Assembly: GCA_002840765.1 (NCBI GenBank)
Contig: PHCE01000004.1
Coordinates: 71,959 to 135,958 of the forward strand
Source of the DNA: Betaproteobacteria bacterium HGW-Betaproteobacteria-7
GTDB lineage: Bacteria > Pseudomonadota > Gammaproteobacteria > Burkholderiales > Rhodocyclaceae
Direction of reading: 5' to 3'
Length of the DNA: 64,000 bases
The notes under the pieces were generated by a model that did no database searches, was not told the origin of the DNA, and saw only the letters and a program-made list of their open reading frames with translations. Each line of letters begins with the position of its first letter. The stretch's first letter is position 1. The position numbers and the translations under genes are program-made. Below, one piece after another: positions 38,943 through 50,248 of the stretch.

Positions 38943-39039
38943 GAAATGAATTCTCGCACATTCAAAATGATATGGCGAAACCAGGGGTGGCGAGCGAGGA
39001 CTATAATCCTGGCTTTACTGCCTTACCGGAGTACCTGAC

Positions 39040-40323
39040 TTGCGCCATTCTCGCTCTCTCCTTGTTGTCCCCGTCGCCATTCTCCTTGCTGCCCTGTTTG
39101 CTCCGGCGCATGCTGCCAAGCCCGTTGCCGTACCCGCGACCGTGGCACCCGTGCTGGCACACAACCTGGGCGAGCAGGCCGAAGAGCGGCTGCGGGAAAT
39201 CGTTGATCGCTTCAACAAACAAAGCGGTACGGCATTGACCTTGCAGCGCCTGGAGCGAGGTGCCAAGCCGGCGACGCTCAATCTGATCCGCCGTTCCGAT
39301 GACGGCGATGTCCTCAGCCAGCCGAAGAACTTCGTGCCGCTGCATCTGATGCTCTCCAGAGCCGGGCAGAAACTGAACCTGTCCACCATCTCGGGAGACT
39401 TGAAGGCCGGCGTCGTTGACCGGCGGGGTCGTCTGGTTGCGCTGCCGCTGGTCTATTCGACCCCGGTGCTGTTCTATAACAAGAATGCTTTCCGCAAGGC
39501 GGGCCTCGATCCCGAGCGTCCGCCGGTTACCTGGTTCGAGATGCAGGGCGTGCTCGACAAACTGCAGGGCGCCGGTTACGCCTGTCCCTACACTTCGTCG
39601 TGGCCGGTCTGGGTCCATGTCGATAACGTCAGCGCCCTCTCCGGCGTGCCGGCAACCACCGCCAAGGGACAATTGAGCTTCAACGGTCTGCCGCAGGTCA
39701 AACACATCGCCATGATGGCGACGTGGACCAAGGCAGGTTACTTCCAGCTCTTCGGTCGGCGCGACGAGGCGAGTGGCAAGTTCAACGAAGGCGAGTGCGC
39801 GATGATCACCACCGATTCGCGCGAGCATGCCGATTTCAAGGAAGCCAAGGGTGTCGAGCTGGGCGTCGCGCCGCTACCGCACCATGACGACGTATACGGT
39901 GGCCGGCGCAGCACGCTGGCCGATGGCGCCTCGTTGTGGATCGGTGCCGGCCGCTCCAAGGCAGAGTACAACGTGGCCGCGAAATTCGTCTCCTTCCTCC
40001 TCTCGCCGGAAATACAGGTCGAATTCGTCCGTCGTTACGGCGGCCTGCCGCTGACCGCCGCGGCTCGCGCCGCCTCGCAAAGCGATCTGCTGCGCGACGA
40101 CGACCGGGCGCTGGATATCGCTTTTGCCTCGCTCAAGGGCGAAGGCTCGAAGACTGACATGCGCGTCGCCAATATCGAACCGCTACTGGTGATCGCCAAC
40201 GAGGAACTGGAGGCGGTCTGGGCAGACCGCAAGCCGGCCAAGGCGGCGCTCGACAATTCGGTCACTCGCGGAAATGGCGTGCTCCAGGCGCGACCGGGGC
40301 TGAAGAAGGCGCAGCCCTTCTGA
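39040..40323 (+). CDS. ABC-transporter extracellular solute-binding protein (UgpB-like, family 1)
   Basis: 427 aa. TTG start about 8 nt after GGAG. Signal peptide LLVVPVAILLAALFAPAHA. PLVYSTPVLFYNKNAFRKAGLDP is typical of sugar/glycerol-3-P binding proteins. Confidence 0.8.
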   Translation: MRHSRSLLVVPVAILLAALFAPAHAAKPVAVPATVAPVLAHNLGEQAEERLREIVDRFNKQSGTALTLQRLERGAKPATLNLIRRSDDGDVLSQPKNFVPLHLMLSRAGQKLNLSTISGDLKAGVVDRRGRLVALPLVYSTPVLFYNKNAFRKAGLDPERPPVTWFEMQGVLDKLQGAGYACPYTSSWPVWVHVDNVSALSGVPATTAKGQLSFNGLPQVKHIAMMATWTKAGYFQLFGRRDEASGKFNEGECAMITTDSREHADFKEAKGVELGVAPLPHHDDVYGGRRSTLADGASLWIGAGRSKAEYNVAAKFVSFLLSPEIQVEFVRRYGGLPLTAAARAASQSDLLRDDDRALDIAFASLKGEGSKTDMRVANIEPLLVIANEELEAVWADRKPAKAALDNSVTRGNGVLQARPGLKKAQPF

Positions 40324-41039
40324 TGGCCTTGACGCTGCCGCGCTGGATTGCCCACCGCGGTGGCGGGGTGCTGGCGCCCGAGAACACGCTGGCCGGCATC
40401 CGCCTGGCGGCGGCCATGGGGTTCCGGGCCGTCGAGTTCGATGTAATGCTGAGCGCCGACGGTACGCCGGTACTCATTCACGATGAATCCCTGGAGCGCA
40501 CCACCAACGGTCGGGGCCTTGTCTGCGAGACCGGCGATAGCGAGCTTTTCGCCCTCGATGCCGGCAACGGCGAACCAATCCCGCATTTCATCGAGGCCGC
40601 CCGTGTGTGCCGCGCGCTTGGCCTGCTGGCCAATGTCGAGATCAAGCCGGCGGCCGGCCATGAACGGGCGACGGCCGAGAAGGTGGCGCGGCTGGCAGCC
40701 GAAATCTGGTACGACGCCCCCGGCCAGGTGCTGATTTCTTCCTTCGTCCCCGAGGCGATCGAGATTGCCCGTGACCTCGCGCCCGCACTGCCGCGCAGCC
40801 TGTTGTTCGAGGTCGTTCCCGCCGACTGGCCGGTGCTGTTCACACAGATGCAGGCCACCGCTCTCCATTGCGATGCCGATCACCTGAGTGATGAGGTATT
40901 GCGTCAGGCCGCTACTCTCGACGTGCCGGTCGTCTGCTATACGGTCAACGACCCGGTCGCCGCGCAGGCGCTCTTAAATCGTGGCGTCAGCGCCTTCTTC
41001 ACTGACCGGCTGGACCTTTTCGCGGCTCAGGCCGGGTAA
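40323..41039 (+). CDS. ugpQ: Glycerophosphodiester phosphodiesterase
   Basis: 238 aa. Its start overlaps the SBP stop. Motifs: IAHRGG, ENTLAG, EFDVMLSADGTPVLIHDESLERTT, NVEIK. Confidence 0.85.
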   Translation: MALTLPRWIAHRGGGVLAPENTLAGIRLAAAMGFRAVEFDVMLSADGTPVLIHDESLERTTNGRGLVCETGDSELFALDAGNGEPIPHFIEAARVCRALGLLANVEIKPAAGHERATAEKVARLAAEIWYDAPGQVLISSFVPEAIEIARDLAPALPRSLLFEVVPADWPVLFTQMQATALHCDADHLSDEVLRQAATLDVPVVCYTVNDPVAAQALLNRGVSAFFTDRLDLFAAQAG

Positions 41040-41076
41040 TTCGCGAAACATCGGCTTACAAAGATTTGCATCTGTG

Positions 41077-41091
41077 TGGCATTTTTCTGGC
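41077..41091 (+). promoter_or_regulatory. Candidate sigma54 -24/-12 element (TGGCAT-N5-TGGC)
   Basis: TGGCATTTTTCTGGC has GG and GC at the canonical spacing, about 55 nt upstream of the ATG at 41146. There are two mismatches to TGGCAC-N5-TTGC. Confidence 0.25.
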
Positions 41092-41145
41092 CTGCCTTGC
41101 GCTTTAATTCGGGTGTCCACCATCACCTTCCACCCGGAGGAAATC

Positions 41146-41499
41146 ATGAAATCCCGCCATGCCTTTTTTGCCCTGATCGCCGTCATTCCGACACTGGCCC
41201 TGGCCCAGGCCGATACGCCGCGCGTCGACCAGCGCCAGCTGAACCAGGAGCGCCGCATCGACCAAGGCGTCGCCTCCGGTAGCCTGACTGCCCGCGAGGC
41301 CAATCGCCTGGAGCTAGGTCAGCAACGTGTCGACAACATCGAAACACGGGCCAAAGCCGACGGCGTCGTCACCCGCCAGGAGCGGGTGCGTCTGCACCAG
41401 GCCCAGGACGTGCAGAGTCGGCGCATAGCCGTGCAAAAGCAGGACCGCCAGCACGACTACAACCGCAACGGTCGTATCGATCGCCCGGCACGCCGTTGA
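41146..41499 (+). CDS. Small secreted, highly charged protein with an internal repeat
   Basis: Start at MKSRHAFFALIAVIPTLALA after a GGAGGA SD. Internal repeat: GSLTAREANRLE.. / GVVTRQERVRLH... Confidence 0.55.
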   Translation: MKSRHAFFALIAVIPTLALAQADTPRVDQRQLNQERRIDQGVASGSLTAREANRLELGQQRVDNIETRAKADGVVTRQERVRLHQAQDVQSRRIAVQKQDRQHDYNRNGRIDRPARR

Positions 41500-41520
41500 G
41501 CGGCGCCCGCTCGGCCAGCA

Positions 41521-41548
41521 AAACCCGCCGTCCGGCGGGTTTTTCTTT
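41521..41548 (+). terminator. Intrinsic terminator
   Basis: The CCCGCC / GGCGGG stem is followed by TTTTTCTTTT. Confidence 0.8.
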
Positions 41549-41593
41549 TAAAATCGCGGGTTTCGAATTCCCCGCCTTTGAGGCCGCCTGCTC

Positions 41594-44211
<2,618 letters not shown>

Positions 44212-44215
<4 letters not shown>

Positions 44216-44517
44216 AGGCGGCACTGCTGTTGATCGCCGCGCTGGCCGCCGCGCCGGCGCTGGCAGCCGACCTTGACCGGACGCCGGTCGAGGCGCTGAC
44301 GGCGGACGGCCAGAAGGTCAGGCTGTATCCCAACGGCCGCTGGGAGTTCGTCGATGTGGCGAAGGCGGCGGAGGCGCAGAAAGTCGCCGCTGAATATCCG
44401 GAGAACAAGACCCGTCCGGTGGAGTCGCAGGGCATCGTGATCGGCGGCTTCGGCCGCTACGTGATGCCTGGCGACAAGGACTACAACCGCGGATCGTTGA
44501 ACCCGAAGTTGCGCTGA
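44212..44517 (+). CDS. Small secreted hypothetical protein
   Basis: 101 aa. GTG start overlapping the alaS stop. Signal peptide [18 protein letters not shown]. Confidence 0.5.
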
Positions 44518-44521
44518 CTCT

Positions 44522-44830
44522 TCAGCGCAACAGACGGTCGTTGTCCGCCACTTCGCGGACGAATTCGCCCTCGATCACCGGCTCGTCGTGGCGGGCCGCT
44601 GCGACAGTGGCTTCGCGCATCGACTTGCGCAAAGCCCGCGTCTTCCACCATAGCCAGCCGCCGAACAGCGTACCGCCGACCGCGACCACTGCCAGGGCGA
44701 CGATCGAGAACATGAAGGCGAGGATCAGGAAGGCGATACCCAGGATGAAGGTGAGTACCTTGCCGAGCAGGCTCTGCGGCGCCTGGCCGAAGGCCATGCG
44801 GGCGTGAAAGGGATTCTGTCGTCTATCCAT
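44522..44830 (-). CDS. Small two-TM membrane protein, function unknown
   Basis: Start at MDRRQNPFHARMAF. Two hydrophobic helices: VLTFILGIAFLILAFMFSIVALAVVAVGGTLFGGWLWW. Confidence 0.5.
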   Translation of the reverse strand: MDRRQNPFHARMAFGQAPQSLLGKVLTFILGIAFLILAFMFSIVALAVVAVGGTLFGGWLWWKTRALRKSMREATVAAARHDEPVIEGEFVREVADNDRLLR

Positions 44831-44934
44831 GGTTGTTGCTGGTGGCTGGTCCGTTGAGTCAGGCTCCCCATTGTGCCGCAGAGAGGGCTTCAGGTCTGTG
44901 CTGGCAATGTCGCCGTTTTGTAACGGCAAGGCGC

Positions 44935-46182
44935 TCAGGCGTCTCTTTCCCGGCCGATGGCATTGGCCCACAGCAGGGCGCCGGTCTGCGCCCGGTTGAG
45001 GGCTTTCGCGCCGAGTCCGGGCAGGCCGGCAAGCTGTTCGGCCAGGCATTCCAGATCGCCGCCTTCGCTGCTTTCGGCCAGACGCAGTAGGGTCCCCAGC
45101 GTGCCGCTGCCATCACACAAGGCATCGCGCAGGTGGGTGGCTAGTCCAAGGGAGGCGACAATCTCGTCAATCGGCAGGTTCATCAGCGCCGGCATCAGCG
45201 ACATGATGCCGGCCATGAAGGCCTGATCGGCGAAGGCTTTGTCATCGGGCCGCAGTTCGCCAGCCAGCAGCTCCATCAGCCGGCCGCGCGTGGCCGCCAG
45301 CAGCAAGAGCGGATTGGTTGTGCCGTTGACGTTGCCGGAGGCGAAGACCAGAAGTTGCAGCCAGCGTTGTAGTTGGCGCCGACCGAGAACGGCGATGGCG
45401 TGACGCAGCGAAGTGATTGTTTCCGTGGTGCCGGAGCCGACCGAGTTGGTCAGGCGCAACAAGTTCACCGTCAGGCCGGGTTCCGGTTTCAGCGCCTCTT
45501 CCAGTTCGCCGGTTGCGGCGTCGGAAAGCAACAGGCCCATCAGCTTCATCAGCGACAGCTGCGAGTGGTCCAGCTTGCGGCCGGCGATGATCGTCGGCTT
45601 GGCGAAGTAGTAGCCCTGAAACAGCGAGAAGCCGAGCTTCAGGCACTGCTCCATCTGTTCCCGCGAATCGACTTTCTCGGCCAGCAACTGCTTGCCCATC
45701 GGCTTCAGCTTCATGACCAGTTGCATCAACTGAACGCGACTGAGGGGCTGGATGTCGACTTTGACTATTTCGACCAGCGCCAGCAGTTCGGCATAGGCCG
45801 GTTCGAGCTGGATGACGTCGTCGAGGGCAAGCGTGAAGCCGGCCTTCTTCAGCGCCTTGCAGCGCTCGACGACGGCGGCGCTGGCGGGCACGGTTTCGAG
45901 GATTTCGAGGACGACGGCATGGCGTGGCAGCAGCTCCAGCATGTCGCTGAAGAGGAATTGCTCGTCGACATTGATGAAACCGCGGCAATCGCCGAGCGCC
46001 GCCTCAATGCCCAATTCGGTAAAGGCGTTGGCGATTACCGTGGCCGTTGCCTGGACGCCGTCGGTGACATCGGCGGCATTGCGGCTGCCGTTGCGGAACA
46101 GCAATTCGTAGGCGTGCAGCCGCTGCTCGCGGTCAAGAATGGGTTGGCGACCGAGATAGAGCTGGTCCGTGGCGTCGCTCAC
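44935..46182 (-). CDS. EAL-like plus HDOD domain signalling protein
   Basis: 415 aa. The N-terminal EAL-type domain has YELLFR in place of EALxR (LGRQPILDREQRLHAYELLFR, LALDDV, KVD). The C-terminal HDOD domain carries AIAVLGRRQLQRW. Confidence 0.85.
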   Translation of the reverse strand: MSDATDQLYLGRQPILDREQRLHAYELLFRNGSRNAADVTDGVQATATVIANAFTELGIEAALGDCRGFINVDEQFLFSDMLELLPRHAVVLEILETVPASAAVVERCKALKKAGFTLALDDVIQLEPAYAELLALVEIVKVDIQPLSRVQLMQLVMKLKPMGKQLLAEKVDSREQMEQCLKLGFSLFQGYYFAKPTIIAGRKLDHSQLSLMKLMGLLLSDAATGELEEALKPEPGLTVNLLRLTNSVGSGTTETITSLRHAIAVLGRRQLQRWLQLLVFASGNVNGTTNPLLLLAATRGRLMELLAGELRPDDKAFADQAFMAGIMSLMPALMNLPIDEIVASLGLATHLRDALCDGSGTLGTLLRLAESSEGGDLECLAEQLAGLPGLGAKALNRAQTGALLWANAIGRERDA

Positions 46183-46191
46183 GCAACGTTC

Positions 46192-47568
46192 TCAGAAGGG
46201 CAGGGCGATGCCCGGCCAGACGCCGTTCAGCGCCTGGCGGAAGGCACCCTGGATGCGCTCCAGGGCCGCCGCGTTGTCCGCCTCGAAACGCAGGACGACG
46301 ACCGGCGTCGTGTTCGACGGGCGGGCCAGGCCAAAACCATCGGCGTACTCGACGCGCACGCCATCGATGGTGATGACCTGTTCGGCACCATCGAAGCGGC
46401 CTTCGGCCTTCAGCTTGTCGATCAGCGTAAAAGGCTCACCTTCGGCCATCTTGATGTTCAGTTCCGGCGTTGACGGCGCGTTCGGCAGTTCCTTCAGCAG
46501 CTTGTTGCCGTCGGCCGCCCGCGAGAGGATCTCGAGCAGGCGGGCACCGGTGTACAGGCCGTCGTCGAAGCCGTACCAGCGCTCCTTGAAGAAGGTGTGG
46601 CCGGACATCTCGCCGGCCAGCGGGGCGCCGGTCTCCTTCAGCTTGGCCTTGACCAGCGCATGACCGGTATTCCACATCAGCGGCACGCCGCCGTGCTGCC
46701 TGATCCACGGGCCCAGCAAACGCGTGCATTTGACGTCATAGATCACCGTGCCACCGGGCACACGCGACAGCACGTCGGCAGCGAACAGCATCAGCTGGCG
46801 GTCGGGGAAGATGATCTCGCCGTCCTTGGTGACGACGCCGAGGCGGTCGCCGTCGCCGTCGAAGGCGATGCCGATTTCGGCATCGGTTTCCTGCAGCGCC
46901 TTGACCACGTCGGCCAGGTTTTCCGGCTTCGACGGATCGGGGTGGTGGTTCGGGAAATTGCCATCGACTTCACAGAACAGCGGCACGATTTCACAACCGA
47001 GACGTTTGAACAGTTCGGGGGCAATCGCGCCGGCAACGCCATTGCCGCAATCCATGACGATTTTCATCGGCCGCGCCAGTTTCACATCGCCGACGATTTT
47101 CTCGACGTAGGCGCCGAGCACGTCGGCGGATGTGCGCTTGCCCTGGCCATGTTTGAAATTGCCGGCTTCGATGCGTTTTTTCAGATCCTGAATGGCCTCC
47201 AGCGCCAGCGTCGTGCCGCCGATGACCATCTTCAGGCCGTTGTAGTCCGGCGGATTGTGGCTGCCGGTGACCGAAACGCAGGAGTGGCAGCCCAGTTCGT
47301 AGGCGGCGAAGTAAGTGACCGGGGTCGGCACGCAGCCGACATCGATGGCATCGCAACCGGCGGCGCAGATGCCGTCCATCAGGGCGCCGGCCAGTTCCGG
47401 GCCGGACAGGCGGCCGTCACGGCCGACAGCGATGGCTTTCTGCCCCTGTTCGATGGCCAGCGATCCCAGCGCGTGGCCGACCTGGCGGACGACCTCGGCG
47501 GTCAGCGACTTGTTGACGATCCCACGAATGTCGTAGGCCTTGAAAATTTCGGCAGGGAGTTGGCTCAT
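46192..47568 (-). CDS. algC: Phosphomannomutase / phosphoglucomutase
   Basis: Start at MSQLPAEIFKAYDIRG. Active-site loop TGSHNPPDYNGLK and metal loop FDGDGDR. Confidence 0.9.
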   Translation of the reverse strand: MSQLPAEIFKAYDIRGIVNKSLTAEVVRQVGHALGSLAIEQGQKAIAVGRDGRLSGPELAGALMDGICAAGCDAIDVGCVPTPVTYFAAYELGCHSCVSVTGSHNPPDYNGLKMVIGGTTLALEAIQDLKKRIEAGNFKHGQGKRTSADVLGAYVEKIVGDVKLARPMKIVMDCGNGVAGAIAPELFKRLGCEIVPLFCEVDGNFPNHHPDPSKPENLADVVKALQETDAEIGIAFDGDGDRLGVVTKDGEIIFPDRQLMLFAADVLSRVPGGTVIYDVKCTRLLGPWIRQHGGVPLMWNTGHALVKAKLKETGAPLAGEMSGHTFFKERWYGFDDGLYTGARLLEILSRAADGNKLLKELPNAPSTPELNIKMAEGEPFTLIDKLKAEGRFDGAEQVITIDGVRVEYADGFGLARPSNTTPVVVLRFEADNAAALERIQGAFRQALNGVWPGIALPF

Positions 47569-47578
47569 CGGGGGCGAC

Positions 47579-48535
47579 CTATGACATTTCGGAAAGGAAG
47601 AAGTGTAAGAGCCTTTGCGGTAGCCAGTCCAGATTTCCCGGAAAGGAGCCGCTGACGAAGCCAACGTGTCCACCGGTGGCCGGTTGCTCGAGGGACACCC
47701 GGGGGCCGACTTCGCTGGGCCGCGGCAGGTGGTGGGCGGGCAGGAAAGGATCGTTTTTCGGGTTGACGACCAGGGTTGGCACCTCGATGGTGGCCAGCCA
47801 GGGCTTGGCTGAGGAACGCGCCCAGTAGTCGTCGGCGCCGGCAAAACCGTGGATGGGGCCGGTGACCACATCGTCGAACTGGAAGAGATTGCTCGCCCGG
47901 CGCATGCGGGATTCGTCGAAAAGACCGGGAAAGAGGGCGAGGCGGTCGGCCGAGCGGGCTTTCAGGGAGCCGAGGAAATGCTGTGTGTACAGGCGGTTGA
48001 AACCATTCGCCAGATGATGGCCGCAGGCGGCGAGGTCGAGCGGCGGGCAGACGGCGGCGACGCCGCTGACCACTTCGGCGGCGCTCGCGCCACGTTCGCC
48101 GGCCCATTTGAGCAGGGCGTTGCCGCCCAGCGAGACGCCCGCGGCGTGCACCGGCCGGCCGCCGTCAGCCGCCTGCAGGCGACGCAGGATCCAGTCGATT
48201 TCTGTGGAGTCGCCGGAGTGGTAGGCGCGTGGCCGGCGATTCAGTTCGCCCGAGCAGCCGCGGAAGTGTGGCAGGACGCAATGCCAGCCGGCCTGCTGGC
48301 AAGCGCGGGCGGTGGAGATTGCGTAATGGCTACGGGAGCTGCCTTCGAGGCCGTGGAAAAGCACCAGCAGCGGTGACCCGGGCGGGCCGTCGAGGTGATC
48401 GACGTCGATGAAGTCGCCGTCCGGCGTCTCCCACCGTTCGCGGCGCAGCGGCAGCGGTCGTGGTTTGATGAGCAGCGGCCACAGCGTTTGGGCATGGCCG
48501 CCAGGTAACCAGGACGGCGCGCGGTAAGGTTTCAA
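47579..48535 (-). CDS. Alpha/beta-fold hydrolase (YheT-like)
   Basis: 318 aa: LPGGHAQTLWP, LFHGLEGSS, nucleophile elbow GVSLGGN. Confidence 0.8.
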   Translation of the reverse strand: MKPYRAPSWLPGGHAQTLWPLLIKPRPLPLRRERWETPDGDFIDVDHLDGPPGSPLLVLFHGLEGSSRSHYAISTARACQQAGWHCVLPHFRGCSGELNRRPRAYHSGDSTEIDWILRRLQAADGGRPVHAAGVSLGGNALLKWAGERGASAAEVVSGVAAVCPPLDLAACGHHLANGFNRLYTQHFLGSLKARSADRLALFPGLFDESRMRRASNLFQFDDVVTGPIHGFAGADDYWARSSAKPWLATIEVPTLVVNPKNDPFLPAHHLPRPSEVGPRVSLEQPATGGHVGFVSGSFPGNLDWLPQRLLHFFLSEMS

Positions 48536-48963
48536 TGCAGGGTGTGCGCGACCGAGTCGGCCAGCGTCTGCTGGCCATCGTCGGCAGCCGAGGCGTGGCG
48601 GCAGACCAGGCGCCAGCCGTGGGCGCCGCGGGTATAGATGTGGGTCACGTGCAGCGGTCCGTGCGGGCTCGGGTCATCGCCGACGAACAGGGTTTCCGTC
48701 AGATGGTGGATGGCCAGCACGCTGCCTTGCCAGTGGGCGACGCCCTCGACTTGAACGCGGATCTGGGTGGTGGCGAAGATGCTCTGCCAGCTTTCACGAA
48801 TGGCCAGCACTCCGCTCAGGCGGACGCCGGTCGGATGCACGCACAGTGTTTCCTCGTCCTCGGCCCAGAGGCGGCCGATCTGTTCGGCATCGCCGCGGGC
48901 GATGGCCTCGTAGAAAGCCATCTCGACATCGTCCGGCGAGGCGTAGACACCCGGCGGATTCAT
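48532..48963 (-). CDS. NTF2/SnoaL-like (DUF4440-type) protein
   Basis: Start at MNPPGVYASPDDVEMAFYEAIARGD, with an ATGA overlap with the waaF stop. The size and pattern match the NTF2-like fold. Confidence 0.6.
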   Translation of the reverse strand: MNPPGVYASPDDVEMAFYEAIARGDAEQIGRLWAEDEETLCVHPTGVRLSGVLAIRESWQSIFATTQIRVQVEGVAHWQGSVLAIHHLTETLFVGDDPSPHGPLHVTHIYTRGAHGWRLVCRHASAADDGQQTLADSVAHTLH

Positions 48964-49970
48964 GCGGCGCTCCTTTTGTCGACGGCGGCGAGTACCTGTT
49001 CCGGGCTCAGCTTGTTCAGGCAGTCGAAATGGCCGAGCGGGCATTCGCGCTTGAAGCACGGGCTGCAGTCGAGGTTCAGGCTGAGGATGTCGGCTTGTTC
49101 CGACAGCGGTGGCGTGAAGCCGGGCGACGAGGAGCCGTAGAGCGCGACGATCGGCCGGTCGAGGGCGGCGGCAACGTGCATCAGGCCGGAATCGTTGCAG
49201 ACCACCAGATCGGCCAGAGCCAGCAGGTCCACGGCCTGGGCGAGCGAGGTGGCACCGCACAAGTTGCGGCAACAGCCCGGCGCCAGCTGACAGATTTCCT
49301 CGGCGACGGCATGGTCCTTGGGCGACCCGAATAGCCAGACGGCCGTGCCGCGCGCGTTCAGGGCGCGGGCCAGGGCGGCGAAATGGGCGGCTGGCCAGCG
49401 TTTGGCCGGGCCGTATTCGGCGCCGGGGCAGAAGGCGACGAGACGGGCTGGACGTTCGATGGCGAGTTCGGCCAGGGTCTTGGCCTGCTCCGTCGCTGTC
49501 GAACGCAGGCGCGGGTTGGCGAAGGGTTTCTCCGGCGGCACGCCGGGGACTTCGGCCAGCTGCATGAAGCGCTCGATCATCAGCGGCTGCGCCTGCTTGT
49601 CCAGCGTATGGCGGACGTTGATCAAGCCATAGCGCGACTCGCCGGTGAAACCGACGCGCCGCGGAATGCCGGCAAAAAACGGCACCAGTGCCGATTTCAG
49701 CGAATTGGGCAGAATATAGGCGGCCGCGTAGCCGCCTTCGCCGATCGTCCGGGCCAGCCGCCAGCGCGCCTTGAAGGAGATTTGGCCATGGCCGAAGGGA
49801 CTGTCGACGACTTCGCTGATGTCGTCCATGCGCTGCAGCACTGGCGCCACCCAGCGCGGTGCCAGGGCGTCCAGTTGCAGGCCGGGATGGCGAGCCCGCA
49901 AGCGAGCGAACAGCGGCTGCGCCATGATCGTGTCGCCGATCCAGGCGGGGGCGACGATGAGAGCCTTCAT
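48960..49970 (-). CDS. waaF: ADP-heptose:LPS heptosyltransferase II
   Basis: 336 aa. MKALIVAPAWIGDTIMAQPLF and CNDSGLMHVAAAL are typical of GT9 WaaF. Confidence 0.9.
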   Translation of the reverse strand: MKALIVAPAWIGDTIMAQPLFARLRARHPGLQLDALAPRWVAPVLQRMDDISEVVDSPFGHGQISFKARWRLARTIGEGGYAAAYILPNSLKSALVPFFAGIPRRVGFTGESRYGLINVRHTLDKQAQPLMIERFMQLAEVPGVPPEKPFANPRLRSTATEQAKTLAELAIERPARLVAFCPGAEYGPAKRWPAAHFAALARALNARGTAVWLFGSPKDHAVAEEICQLAPGCCRNLCGATSLAQAVDLLALADLVVCNDSGLMHVAAALDRPIVALYGSSSPGFTPPLSEQADILSLNLDCSPCFKRECPLGHFDCLNKLSPEQVLAAVDKRSAA

Positions 49971-49973
49971 GGG

Positions 49974-50050
49974 TCAGTTATCAGTTGCCAGTCATTAGTT
50001 GTCAGCAACGGTCGGCTAGCGGCTGGCAACTAGCAACTGGCGACTAGTGA
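49974..50050. repeat. Intergenic element of 11 consecutive 7-nt units forming an imperfect inverted repeat / long hairpin
   Basis: Plus-strand heptads: TCAGTTA TCAGTTG CCAGTCA TTAGTTG TCAGCAA CGGTCGG CTAGCGG CTGGCAA CTAGCAA CTGGCGA CTAGTGA. Stem 49996-50006 / 50022-50032 is 11 bp with one G-T. Stem 49982-49991 / 50037-50046 has 8 Watson-Crick pairs plus 1 wobble out of 10. Confidence 0.7.
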
Positions 50051-50232
50051 TGTCCTTTGGGCGCTTCGCCCGTAAACACGTACTTGGTGCTGCAGTAAGG
50101 GCAGACGGCTTCGCCGGTCTTCAGGACGTCGAGGAAGACGCGCGGATGCTGGCTCCACAGCGGCGCGTTCGGCGTCGGGCAGTGCAGCGGCAGGTCGTGG
50201 GCGGTGATTTCAACGGGGGCTTGTTCGGACAT
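50044..50232 (-). CDS. Zinc-finger (zf-CHCC, NDUFS6-like) domain protein
   Basis: 62 aa from MSEQAPVEITAHDLPLHCP...CPYCSTKYVF. Confidence 0.7.
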   Translation of the reverse strand: MSEQAPVEITAHDLPLHCPTPNAPLWSQHPRVFLDVLKTGEAVCPYCSTKYVFTGEAPKGHH

Positions 50233-50248
50233 CGTGCTTCTCCCTGGA

